DNA of 29,865 nucleotides, the filler included, from an uncultured Rhodopirellula sp. (GTDB taxonomy: Bacteria > Planctomycetota > Planctomycetia > Pirellulales > Pirellulaceae): NCBI GenBank assembly GCA_964007735.1. It is 9 parts of 9 records of this genome, joined end to end, with 100 filler letters (N's around TTAATTAATTAA, not from the genome) between each part and the next. Parts side by side here need not be neighbours in the genome. Positions count along the whole stretch, not along the records: positions 18,561 to 21,405 come from CAXGAI010000125.1; positions 21,506 to 24,309 come from CAXGAI010000126.1; positions 24,410 to 27,136 come from CAXGAI010000127.1; positions 27,237 to 29,865 come from CAXGAI010000128.1; 5 more parts are not named here. One strand, written 5' to 3'. The notes below the pieces were generated by a model, which saw only the letters and a program-made list of their open reading frames with translations, had not been told where the DNA came from and did not search any database. Shown here piece by piece: positions 20,506 through 29,653 of this stretch. A program made the translations under genes and the position numbers. How positions within the stretch are numbered: the stretch's first letter is position 1; every line of letters begins with the position of its first letter.

Positions 20506-20711
20506 TCATAGGTGCATTACTGGGCGATTCAGGGCGCGGATGATTAGAGTTCCGGTGATTTTTCCGCTCGCATTAACCTGCTCGATAATCTCGCCGGTCG
20601 AGAGCTGTTCAGTAGCAGGTGATGTGGCAATCTCATCAGAGCCACACCCAACAACACCAATAGCCAATACCGATACTATGGCTGCAATTGCTATATAGAG
20701 GGTTCCGAAAA
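20506..20711 (-). pseudogene. start-less lipoprotein fragment
   Basis: IFGTLYIAIAAIVSVLAIGVVG-CGSDE is a lipoprotein signal, but no nearby in-frame ATG/GTG/TTG precedes it and it stops soon after. Confidence 0.4.
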
Positions 20712-21405
20712 TTATTTTGTGCGAAATGCGTCGCTTAACGTAATTTCGACAATCAGGTCGCGCAGGCCATGCTGTTGACGCTGCACGCGATCGACAAGCT
20801 CGAAAACCTCCGCATACTCGTGTCTCTGCAGTGTGCCGCCGGTAGCATAGACCAGTAGTTTTTCGGTCAGGCAGCGGATGAAGTCTGCAGGCTGATCGAT
20901 GAGTGCTTGTTTTAGTTGCTCTGCCCCATCCAGCTCTCGGCCATCCGCCAGCACCACGTCGGTCTGAATCTTGCGCCGATGCGTGTAGTTCTCCCGAAAG
21001 AGTCCAACTGGGTCGAACTGTTCCATACTGAAGCCCAGCGGATCGATTTGTCGGTGACAAACGGCACAGGATTCCTGCTCCTGATGTTTTGCCAGTTGCT
21101 GTCGGATGGTGGTCGCTCCGCGGGTGTCCGGTTCGATTGGTTTAATATCATCTGGTGGCGGCTTTACCTGTTTGCCAAGGATATTTTCAAGAATCCAGAC
21201 ACCCCGCACCACGGGCGACGTTGCCGTGCCGTTCGATGTAACGGTTAGCACGCTCGCCTGAGTAAGGACTCCGCCCCGTCGGGAATTATCCGGAAGGTGA
21301 ACGCGTCGAAATTCGTCGCCGGCCACCCCGGCGATCCCGTAATGTTGAGCGAGGCGTTCGTTAAGATAGGTGTAGTTGGAATGCAGCAGGTCGAGAACCG
21401 GGCCA
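20712..21405 (-). CDS. DUF1592/DUF1588/DUF1585 planctomycete cytochrome-c-type protein, C-terminal part (5' truncated)
   Basis: YTYLNERLAQHYG, RRGGVLTQASVL, TSPVVRGVWIL, CAVCH heme motif, IDPLGFSMEQFDPVG, TEKLLVYATG. Confidence 0.92.
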
Positions 21406-21505
21406 NNNNNNNNNNNNNNNNNNNNNNNNNNNNNNNNNNNNNNNNNNNNTTAATTAATTAANNNNNNNNNNNNNNNNNNNNNNNNNNNNNNNNNNNNNNN
21501 NNNNN
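21406..21505. other. artificial contig linker
   Basis: 44 N + TTAATTAATTAA + 44 N. Confidence 0.99.
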
Positions 21506-22368
21506 CGGTCCAAAACTCCTAAGTCTCCAGCAAACTCACAAAGTAAATATATTGACTTCCTATTGTTCCAAAGTGGTTGCAAATCATAAGCTTCTCTTAC
21601 AAGATCTACTCCCTTTTGAAAGAATAATTCACAGGCGATGATTTCAGTACTTGTACTGACACAGGCTTCTGTGAGATTAACTGCGTCTTGGATAGTGTCT
21701 AAACCGAAGAGAATGGAAACATTTTCCTTTGGTTTGGGCCTCAGTCGCAGCTTGGCTCGTGTCACAATAGCAAGCGTTCCCTCGCTACCGCACAATAAGC
21801 TCGGCAAGTGATATCCGGTATTATCTTTATCTAGGCCGTTTAAATTACCGATAATTTCTCCTGTTCCTGTAACTGCTTCAACACTTATGATTTGACGACG
21901 AGTGGTGCCATACCTAAGGACGTTAAGGCCACCGGCATTTGTAGCAATCGTTCCACCGATGGTCGCTGAATCTCTTGCTGCAAAATCTACTCCGTAGATC
22001 ATGCTCCTCTCTAAAGCTAAATTCTGTATTTCTAAAAGTGTTGCGCCTGCCTCAGCAACTATTTGGTTATCGTTTGTGTCTGAGAAATTAACATTCTTCA
22101 TTTTTCTCAATGAAATGATTAATTCACCGTTTAAAGGCGTGCTGCCACCGACCATTCCAGTATTTCCGCCTTGAGGAACAACTCCTACCCAGTTGGTTGA
22201 ACACCAATTAAGAATTTCCGCTACCTCATCAGTTGACTGTGGCGAAATAACTGCACGAGCAAAACCTCTGTACCTGCCCGTCCAGTCATCACTATAGGTT
22301 TTGATAATGTCTTCGTCTTCACTTATTCTGCCTGAGCCCAACAAGCTCTTTAACTCTGCAATGCTCAT
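21506..22368 (-). CDS. FAD-binding oxidoreductase, D-2-hydroxyacid dehydrogenase family (3' truncated)
   Basis: VPQGGNTGMVGG, TIGGTIATNAGG..VLRYG, KDNTGY, GSEGTLAIVT. Confidence 0.92.
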
Positions 22369-22374
22369 ATAAGG

Positions 22375-22380
22375 ATCGTA
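22375..22380 (-). promoter_or_regulatory. -10 element (TACGAT) of a probable leaderless transcript
   Basis: TANNNT lies 6 nt upstream of ATG 22368; no SD. Confidence 0.5.
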
Positions 22381-22447
22381 ATGTCAGGATTACGACTGGA
22401 TATGGATATGAATTGTTAAACAGAGCAAAATATGCTCCTTTAACTCC

Positions 22448-22453
22448 TAGACT
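22448..22453 (+). promoter_or_regulatory. -10 element (TAGACT) of a probable leaderless menD transcript
   Basis: TANNNT lies 6 nt upstream of GTG 22460; no SD. Confidence 0.55.
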
Positions 22454-22459
22454 TTTACT

Positions 22460-24187
22460 GTGGACAAAACGTCAACCACCAGCAACTCACAATCATCGGC
22501 ATACTCCTTCGCCATTAGATTCTTTAACGAAATCAAAGCGTTAGGCGTCACTGAAGTAGCAGTTTCGCCTGGCTCACGAAATACCCCCTTAGTGTTAGCA
22601 GCTGATGCAACAGGCTTAAATATAAAAGTTTTCGTGGACGAACGTGTTGCTGGTTTCTATGCATTAGGGCATGCAAAAATCACAAAATCGCCTGTGGTCC
22701 TTGTTTGTACTTCAGGCACTGCATTAGCGAACTACCTGCCGGCTGTTATTGAAGCGAATCACTCTGGGGTTCCAATGATTGTATGTTCAGCTGACAGACC
22801 TCCTGAGTTAAGACAGTGGGGTGCAGGTCAAACAATAGATCAGGTTCAAATTTATGGATCAAATGTTCGATGGTTTTATGATTTGCCTGTTGCGGATAAT
22901 ATTGATTCGTCGCAAGCTCAGAATATAGCTGTAAGAGCTTGGGATAGATCTGTTACGGGTAGAGGTCCAATACATCTCAATTGGCCCCTTCGTGAGCCTT
23001 TGGAACCTCTCTCTGATCTTGTAGTTCCCAAGGCAAATCTCAAACCCTTTGACACAGCTACATTCTGCGAAGCTGGTGCCCAACGGTTAAGGCAACTGGG
23101 GGAAAAGTATGAGAACGGAGTAATTTCCGTTGGCCCAAATGATCTGGATGATGAAGTAATACAACGAATCGGGTGGTTTTCAGAAGTAGTCAAGTGGCCT
23201 ATCATTGCCGATCCTGCTTCACAAATACGCGGACGAGTTGCAAGTGAAACCGTCATTACAACCGGAGAGGTGTTATGCGGATCTCTTCCTTTCACTGAGT
23301 CGCTTGGGTCGCCGCACGTTGTTGTCCATATTGGTCTAGCACCTACTTCAAAAGCATATAAAAAATGGCTTAGCGTAAATTCACCTGAGCATCATATTCT
23401 GATATCACCAACTGTGGATTGGGTTGATCCAAGTAATTCCATAACAGAGGCGTACTATGGAGACCTTTTATTTCCTTACAACGAAAACAGTGAAATGTTT
23501 AGACCACATTCAGCATGGTTGGAGCAATGGAAACAAGGGAATGATGTTGCTGATTCCATAGTGCAGCAGTACTTACAGGACGATCATAACGAACTTTCAA
23601 TAGTTAATGCAGTCATGGAAGGAGTAGATGATGAAGCGCGTGTCATGTTATCTAATTCCATGATAATTCGTGACGCAGAGCTGGCTTTCACTCATAATGT
23701 GCCTCCTCACAGGACCTTATGCAATAGGGGAGCAAATGGAATCGACGGTATCATCTCAACAAGTCTTGGGGCTTCATTCGGGTCCAAAGAAAAAGTGATT
23801 TGCATCGTTGGTGATGTAGCTACAACACATGACTTTGGCGGGATACTAGCGAGTATCAGGATGGAAGCAGATATGACTATCGTGATTCTCGATAATGGGG
23901 GAGGCGGCATTTTCTCCTTTCTGCCGATAAGTGACGCGATCAGCAAAGAACAATTCGATAAATATTTCCTAACTTCACCTATGTTGCCTTTTGCAGACGT
24001 CCTGAAATCACTAAGGGTAGATGTTGCAACCCCCCAAACGATCAAGGAACTGAAAGCTGAAATCACAAAAACTATGCCAAAATCCGGCCTTTCAGTTATC
24101 TACTACCAAAGTGATACTGACTCAACCTTGCGGGCCTTTAGATCTATACGGGATGCATTTGACCAGGAATTTGGTCAGGAAGTATAG
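22460..24187 (+). CDS. menD: SEPHCHC synthase (menaquinone biosynthesis)
   Basis: SPGSRNTPL, DERVAGFYALG, CTSGTALANY, ADRPPEL, NRGANGIDG, GD...DNGGGGIF ThDP motif. Confidence 0.97.
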   Translation: MDKTSTTSNSQSSAYSFAIRFFNEIKALGVTEVAVSPGSRNTPLVLAADATGLNIKVFVDERVAGFYALGHAKITKSPVVLVCTSGTALANYLPAVIEANHSGVPMIVCSADRPPELRQWGAGQTIDQVQIYGSNVRWFYDLPVADNIDSSQAQNIAVRAWDRSVTGRGPIHLNWPLREPLEPLSDLVVPKANLKPFDTATFCEAGAQRLRQLGEKYENGVISVGPNDLDDEVIQRIGWFSEVVKWPIIADPASQIRGRVASETVITTGEVLCGSLPFTESLGSPHVVVHIGLAPTSKAYKKWLSVNSPEHHILISPTVDWVDPSNSITEAYYGDLLFPYNENSEMFRPHSAWLEQWKQGNDVADSIVQQYLQDDHNELSIVNAVMEGVDDEARVMLSNSMIIRDAELAFTHNVPPHRTLCNRGANGIDGIISTSLGASFGSKEKVICIVGDVATTHDFGGILASIRMEADMTIVILDNGGGGIFSFLPISDAISKEQFDKYFLTSPMLPFADVLKSLRVDVATPQTIKELKAEITKTMPKSGLSVIYYQSDTDSTLRAFRSIRDAFDQEFGQEV

Positions 24188-24192
24188 AAAAG

Positions 24193-24309
24193 ATGACGGA
24201 AATCTCCTGTCCGCTTTATATTTCGCAAAAGCAAGTTGACTCAACGGGATTAATTCTTCATGGGTTTCTTGGCAATCATAAATCAATGGAGGAACTTGCG
24301 AGCCATTTG
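24193..24309 (+). CDS. menH: alpha/beta hydrolase, probably SHCHC synthase (3' truncated; absent from ORF track)
   Basis: MTEISCPLYISQKQVDSTGLILHGFLGNHKSMEELASHL; HGFLG motif, 5 nt downstream of menD. Confidence 0.65.
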
Positions 24310-24409
24310 NNNNNNNNNNNNNNNNNNNNNNNNNNNNNNNNNNNNNNNNNNNNTTAATTAATTAANNNNNNNNNNNNNNNNNNNNNNNNNNNNNNNNNNN
24401 NNNNNNNNN
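24310..24409. other. artificial contig linker
   Basis: 44 N + TTAATTAATTAA + 44 N. Confidence 0.99.
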
Positions 24410-24464
<55 letters not shown>

Positions 24465-24465
24465 T

Positions 24466-24522
24466 CCCTAGTTTGCAAGGTTTCGCGTATTATCGCTAAC
24501 CCCTGCAAAACTAGGGTTTTTT
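24466..24522 (+). terminator. long imperfect inverted repeat plus T-run after tRNA-Val
   Basis: CCCTAGTTTGCAAGG ... CCCTGCAAAACTAGGG TTTTTT. Confidence 0.6.
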
Positions 24523-24575
24523 CATGCGCTGACAGTATCGGTTTCGACCCCCTGCGAGGCGAAACGGTAATCTGC

Positions 24576-24598
24576 TGCGTCGGATTTTGCGTCGGATT
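24576..24598. repeat. 11-bp direct repeat TGCGTCGGATT x2
   Basis: Exact copies at 24576-24586 and 24588-24598. Confidence 0.8.
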
Positions 24599-24836
24599 AG
24601 AGCTGGCCTGCTTATAGTCATCTTCAGTCACCTGAAGATGGTGCTTTTAGCGTCATTCTTTGGGGCCGAGAAAGTTCGCGGAGAAGCTCAGTGTTAGATA
24701 TCGATAGAAGTAATTCTTCCTCGGTCAGTTTTTTATTAGTTTTCAGGAGTTTGCCTTCTCGGTAAGTCCACCGCCGATGGACGAGATAAGAGGGGCCTTA
24801 CGAGATTACTCTAGATTCTTGCCAAACACCTTAACT

Positions 24837-26189
24837 TTACTCGTGAGGCCTCTCATCACCTGACGCTGTAGCTCCAAAGTCGGGCTTAAGATCCAACGCT
24901 AACGACCTGAAGTTTTTTACGCGATGTAATGTGATCATGTTAGAGTCGTGATTGTTGTATGGCAGCTTTGCTTTGCCAGAAGCAATGCCAGCATTCCACG
25001 TGTAGTCGCTATACTGATCTGCCGCGCCAATGCTGCTGCGTGAGAGTACTAATAGGTCATCGCCGTCGACTACCTGAGAAGAATAGTGAAACGATTCCAA
25101 TGGATTTTGACTCATCGCTACACAGCCAGCCTGAAACCAATTAAGGCCGTCGATACTGTAATTCAGCATCAGGATGCGTCGGGTGTTAGCCGGGTTCCCA
25201 TGAAAGCCTCGCTCAGCCAACCGTTCCGTCGGTTGATATGTGTTGGGGACGCACGCAGTGCAGGTCCAGTAGAGGCCAGATTGTTTGTCAAAGACTATGT
25301 CGAATTTGTTCTGCCCGCCCGGCATCGGATAAAACTGGACAAAGCGATAGTTCAAAGCATGCCCATCGTCTTCCAGTTTGCACAACGAGGTCATGCCGGC
25401 TGTCAGTTGTACGTCGATGCGAGTTCTCAGTAGCACGTATAACTCACCGCGAATCTCGACAACGTTGCCTTCAAGAAACCAGTTGCCACCAGCGTCTCGG
25501 CCGTCCTTCTTTTTCGCCGCTCTTCGTGTCAGTGAAGGTGTGTCACGCGGTGGTTCTACCTTGTTTGACATTCGCCAGGATGCCGCGTCAAGTAGATCTT
25601 GAGATAAATCTCCCGCCACAACGAGAGAGGCTGATCCCTGATCCATGTCCTCAAACGCTCGATAGATGAATCCGTCTTTGACATGCAAGGGAGTGGCCGA
25701 GCCGTGGTAACGAGAGTCATGAAACAATGTCACTGGTTTGGACCACGTTGTACCTTCATCGGGTGATCGGACGATGCGAATGTCACGCTTATGCGGATCA
25801 TTGCCGATCATGTACAGTGCGTCTTTCACATAGAATAGTGATCCCCATGTAATGCCATTTGTTGAAATTTGGTTCCATGTTTTACCGCCGTCGTCACTGG
25901 CTTTGATCTTGCAGTGATTCGGGTAGTCGATTCCACCCTCGTCGCCGGAAGTCGGACGCTTTAGCCATAACTCCATCGACGCAATTAGGCGTCCCGAAGG
26001 CAATTTCAAAATGTCGGGCGAGCCAACACACGCGGCCCTAGCCGGATGTTCTAAGTCGCGAACTTTGTGTACGACGACGTACTGTTGTGCGAGAGGTTCG
26101 GCGCTGTTTGCACTCGAGGTGAAGAACAATATCAATACTTGGGAAAGGATGATGATTGAGGTCGTTAAAAGGCAATGGCGGCAGATCAT
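24837..26189 (-). CDS. secreted BNR/Asp-box beta-propeller (sialidase-like) protein
   Basis: Asp boxes SDDGGKTW, SPDEGTTW, SIDGLNW; signal peptide. Confidence 0.8.
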   Translation of the reverse strand: MICRHCLLTTSIIILSQVLILFFTSSANSAEPLAQQYVVVHKVRDLEHPARAACVGSPDILKLPSGRLIASMELWLKRPTSGDEGGIDYPNHCKIKASDDGGKTWNQISTNGITWGSLFYVKDALYMIGNDPHKRDIRIVRSPDEGTTWSKPVTLFHDSRYHGSATPLHVKDGFIYRAFEDMDQGSASLVVAGDLSQDLLDAASWRMSNKVEPPRDTPSLTRRAAKKKDGRDAGGNWFLEGNVVEIRGELYVLLRTRIDVQLTAGMTSLCKLEDDGHALNYRFVQFYPMPGGQNKFDIVFDKQSGLYWTCTACVPNTYQPTERLAERGFHGNPANTRRILMLNYSIDGLNWFQAGCVAMSQNPLESFHYSSQVVDGDDLLVLSRSSIGAADQYSDYTWNAGIASGKAKLPYNNHDSNMITLHRVKNFRSLALDLKPDFGATASGDERPHE

Positions 26190-26338
26190 TCTATTTCCTT
26201 ACTGAGTCTCTTTTCACATTGTTCACGGCCATCAATTGGCGCTTGTTATGGTGGTAAGTAGTAACAATCGGTTCACTCATTAAGTGGGGTTAAACTTGTC
26301 ACACACATAATTTACGTGAATGCGCACGGTTGTTCGAG

Positions 26339-26344
26339 TAGAAT
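26339..26344 (+). promoter_or_regulatory. -10 element (TAGAAT) of a probable leaderless transcript
   Basis: 6 nt upstream of ATG 26351; no SD. Confidence 0.5.
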
Positions 26345-26350
26345 CGTGTA

Positions 26351-27136
26351 ATGTTTCGTACTTTGATGATTGTCGCGTGTTTGCTTGGTAGTTCGGTTGT
26401 AGTTGGGCAGGAACAGCGACCCTACACCTGGACAGCGGATAATAAGTCCATCGACGGCGATGAGGCTGTAACTTGGGGCGAGGATGGAGCTCCGTTATGG
26501 CACCTTCTACGCACTACCAGTTCGGAAGGGCCGGTGACCTCTCGCAGCTGGAATCATGATGGTAAATATACACAGCTCGAACACTCAAAGGCCAGACTTT
26601 TTGGGCAGCCAATCTCAGGCGTCATCTATCAAACAACTCCTAGTGATAAGGCACCGTTTATTGGGGCTGTCAGCGAGACCCACACCGCAGACGTGCAGTG
26701 GAATCAAGGTGAAATACTGGTAACACCCGGACCGGACCACGCTGCAATTTTAGGCTGGCGAAGTCCGGCAACTCTATCCATTTCGCTCACAGGCGTTGTG
26801 GACAATCGACAACTTTGCTGTGGAGTTAATTCGCAAGTCAATTGGTACATTGAAGTTGGTTCCGCTCCGAATTTAAAGGAAGGTTCTAAGTCGATCGTCC
26901 TCGCTAAGGGTACGTCTGACGCGAATAACGGTAAACCAGCAGAATTCGATATTCGGGATGTCAAAATAGAGGAAGGGATGTTCATCTACCTGATTGTAGA
27001 TTGCAAGCCCGACGGAAGCGGCAGCTTGCCGGCCCCCGGTGCTCCCGCCCGCGAAGAGGGACCGGCGCGGCCCTTCCGCGTACAGACGGCAGCTGCTGGC
27101 TGCATTTCGGTAGCCACCCGTGTGTGGGGAGCCCTA
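26351..27136 (+). CDS. secreted hypothetical protein (3' truncated; last ~115 nt suspect)
   Basis: Signal peptide and beta-rich body; abrupt GC jump near 27021. Confidence 0.65.
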
Positions 27137-27236
27137 NNNNNNNNNNNNNNNNNNNNNNNNNNNNNNNNNNNNNNNNNNNNTTAATTAATTAANNNNNNNN
27201 NNNNNNNNNNNNNNNNNNNNNNNNNNNNNNNNNNNN
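27137..27236. other. artificial contig linker
   Basis: 44 N + TTAATTAATTAA + 44 N. Confidence 0.99.
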
Positions 27237-27366
27237 AGGCTTTAAATTCGTCTTGTTCTCAACTGTCGCTCATTATGAATTCATCAAATATAAGTATAGT
27301 ATCTTTATCGATAACTTGTTTTGAAAAACTCAAAGCACAAATAGTTGAGGAATATAAATCTGCATC
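27237..27366 (-). pseudogene. TylF/MycF-like O-methyltransferase fragment with internal stop
   Basis: Hand translation DADLYSSTICALSFSKQVIDKDTILIFDEFIMSDS*EQDEFKA; TGA at 27259-27261; N-terminal part missing. Confidence 0.65.
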
Positions 27367-27846
27367 TCTGAAAATGTTAGGTTTTTTCTTTGCGGCATTG
27401 ATTTAGGCTCGCTTACTTGGATTGTCGGTTTCAGCTGCTTTTTTAACGCAATTAATATCTCTAAAAATACAAATTTACGAATATCTGGGGTTACTAAAGG
27501 ATCACCAACTAATAATAATTAATAATTTTTCTTTCAGTAACTCCCACTCAATATACCCCAACTGAATTGCCTAATAGAATCAAAAAATTAGTTTTAATCC
27601 GACGCTACTTCGACAATGATTGGCATTTCGCCGAAAACCTATTCTTGGTTTTCTGTCGTTCCGTTTCGAGCCGTTTATGACTTCAACGTTACTATTTTCC
27701 CTCAGATTAAGCGAGAGCAATGGTACATCTTGCGTTTACCTGTAGTCTGGGTCCGATGTTGCCGATGTGGGTTGTTCTTTCAATTGACTCGAAAAATCTA
27801 GCATCCATCGATATAGTGAGGAAGGCAGACGTAATTAAAGGCGCTT

Positions 27847-28908
27847 ATGAAAATCCTTGTTATACCAGCGGATGGTATCGGTCCAGAAATCGTTTCTGCC
27901 GCAGAAACCGTTCTAACTGCAGCCAACGAGAAGTTTAGTCTCGGTCTCAAACTTGAACACGATATTGCCGGTTTCGAGAGCCTGGAAAAATTTGGGATCA
28001 CCATCCGCCCGGAGCTTCTGGAAAAGGCTAAAGATTTCGATGGCGTAATTCTTGGCACACAGTCACATGCCGATTATCCAGCACCGGAGGAAGGCGGCGT
28101 CAACATATCTGCGAGTTTTCGGGTGGGGTTGGATCTTTACGCGAATGTGCGCCCGGCTCGTACACACCAGGGATTGGGGCTGGGTAAGGATGGGCTTGAT
28201 CTGGTGATTATGAGGGAGGCGACGGAGGGATTTTATCCCGACCGAAATTGCTTCAAGGGCTGGGGTGAGGTCATGTTGAGCCCTGACATGGCAATTTCGA
28301 CCCGCAAAATTACCCGACATTGTTGCGACCGAATTTCCAGGTGCGCCTTTGAATTAGCGATGAAACGGCGCAAGAAAGTCACGGCGGTTCACAAGGCCAA
28401 CAGTTTCCACATGACCGACGGACTGTTCCTGGAATGCGTTGATAACGTTGCCACGGATTTCCCCGAGGTGGAGGTGGAGGACATTCTTGTTGATGCCATG
28501 ACCGCACATTTGGTCCGCCACCCGGAACGCTTCGATGTAATCGTGACGACCAATTTCTACGGCGATATCATTTCCGACCTGGCAAGTGAACTTTCCGGCT
28601 CGCTCGGGCTGGCAGGGTCGGTGATGGCTGGCGATGAGCTTTGTGCCGCCCAGGCTCAGCATGGATCGGCGCCTGATATCGCGGGCCAGAATATCGCCAA
28701 TCCGGTGTCGATGATCCTCTCCGTGGCGATGTTGCTGCAATGGGGTGCTGACAAGTATCAACGCCCAGAACTCAGCGAAGCGGCGGCGACTATCGAGGCA
28801 GCGGTCGATCGGGTGCTGTTGGATGACAGCAAACGAACACCCGATTTGGGCGGGGAAGGGAATACCGATTTATTCGCTGATGCAGTCGCCGCTGATATAG
28901 CTCAATGA
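27847..28908 (+). CDS. isocitrate/isopropylmalate dehydrogenase family protein
   Basis: ADGIGPEI, LDLYANVRP, REATEGFY, HKAN, GDIISDLA, HGSAPDIAGQNIANP. Confidence 0.93.
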   Translation: MKILVIPADGIGPEIVSAAETVLTAANEKFSLGLKLEHDIAGFESLEKFGITIRPELLEKAKDFDGVILGTQSHADYPAPEEGGVNISASFRVGLDLYANVRPARTHQGLGLGKDGLDLVIMREATEGFYPDRNCFKGWGEVMLSPDMAISTRKITRHCCDRISRCAFELAMKRRKKVTAVHKANSFHMTDGLFLECVDNVATDFPEVEVEDILVDAMTAHLVRHPERFDVIVTTNFYGDIISDLASELSGSLGLAGSVMAGDELCAAQAQHGSAPDIAGQNIANPVSMILSVAMLLQWGADKYQRPELSEAAATIEAAVDRVLLDDSKRTPDLGGEGNTDLFADAVAADIAQ

Positions 28909-29561
28909 GCGCGCGAATAGCACTGATCCATGCCACGCGGGCCGCCATCGATCCGGTTGAGGACGCGTTCTCAGAAGTTTGGCCGGAAGCGCTGCACTGG
29001 AGCCTGCTGGATGAAGGTCTCACTAAAGCCTTGGATCACGCGGGCCATTTGATCGAAGAGATCAGTGAACGTTTTATTCGCTTGGCCAATTACGCAGCGG
29101 ACACCGATATAGATGGCATGCTGTTCACTTGCACAGCTTTTGGTCCGGCGATCGAGGTTTGTCAGCGGAAATTTCGTTTCCCAACACTGAAACCGAATGA
29201 AGCGATGTTTGAGGCAGGGCTTGATCGGGGCGATACGATCGGTTTATTGGCGTCGCATCCCGTGACCCTCACGATACTACGAGAACAACTTGCCGTCCTT
29301 GCTCAAGAGCGTGGGCGCAACGTTACCATTAAGCCTCTTCTCGCTAAGGGAACATGGAATGAACTCTGTGCCGGTCATACGGATTGCCATGATCAAAAGG
29401 TTATTGAGACCGCCAAGGGCTTAGGAAATTGCGATGCTATCCTACTCGCACAGTTTTCCATGGCACCGCTTACCCAAGCGGTTCAATCGAATACGCAAGC
29501 TGTCGTCGTGTCCAGCCCTCATGCAGCGGTAAGGAAGATGAGAGGACTGATTGAAAAATGA
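28905..29561 (+). CDS. Asp/Glu/hydantoin racemase-like protein
   Basis: RIALIHAT, LFTCTAFG, LKPNEAMFE, ILLAQFSMA; ATGA overlap with the upstream gene. Confidence 0.75.
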   Translation: MSARIALIHATRAAIDPVEDAFSEVWPEALHWSLLDEGLTKALDHAGHLIEEISERFIRLANYAADTDIDGMLFTCTAFGPAIEVCQRKFRFPTLKPNEAMFEAGLDRGDTIGLLASHPVTLTILREQLAVLAQERGRNVTIKPLLAKGTWNELCAGHTDCHDQKVIETAKGLGNCDAILLAQFSMAPLTQAVQSNTQAVVVSSPHAAVRKMRGLIEK

Positions 29562-29653
29562 ATGTCGCTTTGTGGCTATTAACGGATCTTTTGAGGGTGG
29601 ATTTATCTGTTAAAACCATCAACGTGATTGCGCGACAGGCTAACCTATTGAAA

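Noticed and set aside
20712..21060. 184-aa ORF 20506-21060 as a full gene
   Set aside because: Most of it is an off-frame overlap with the DUF1592-family gene; only the last part looks protein-like.
24650..24795. Start-less minus-strand frame YLVHRRWTYREGKLLK...
   Set aside because: Bounded upstream by a stop, no start codon, no recognisable family.
27259..27261. UGA-to-Trp recoding
   Set aside because: The intact genes on the same contig end in TGA, and the fragment is otherwise decayed.
27784..27817. TTGACT...TATAGT sigma70 promoter
   Set aside because: The 22-nt spacer is too long.
27847..28908. Assigning the symbol leuB
   Set aside because: Family is clear, but motif deviations and gene context do not establish substrate.
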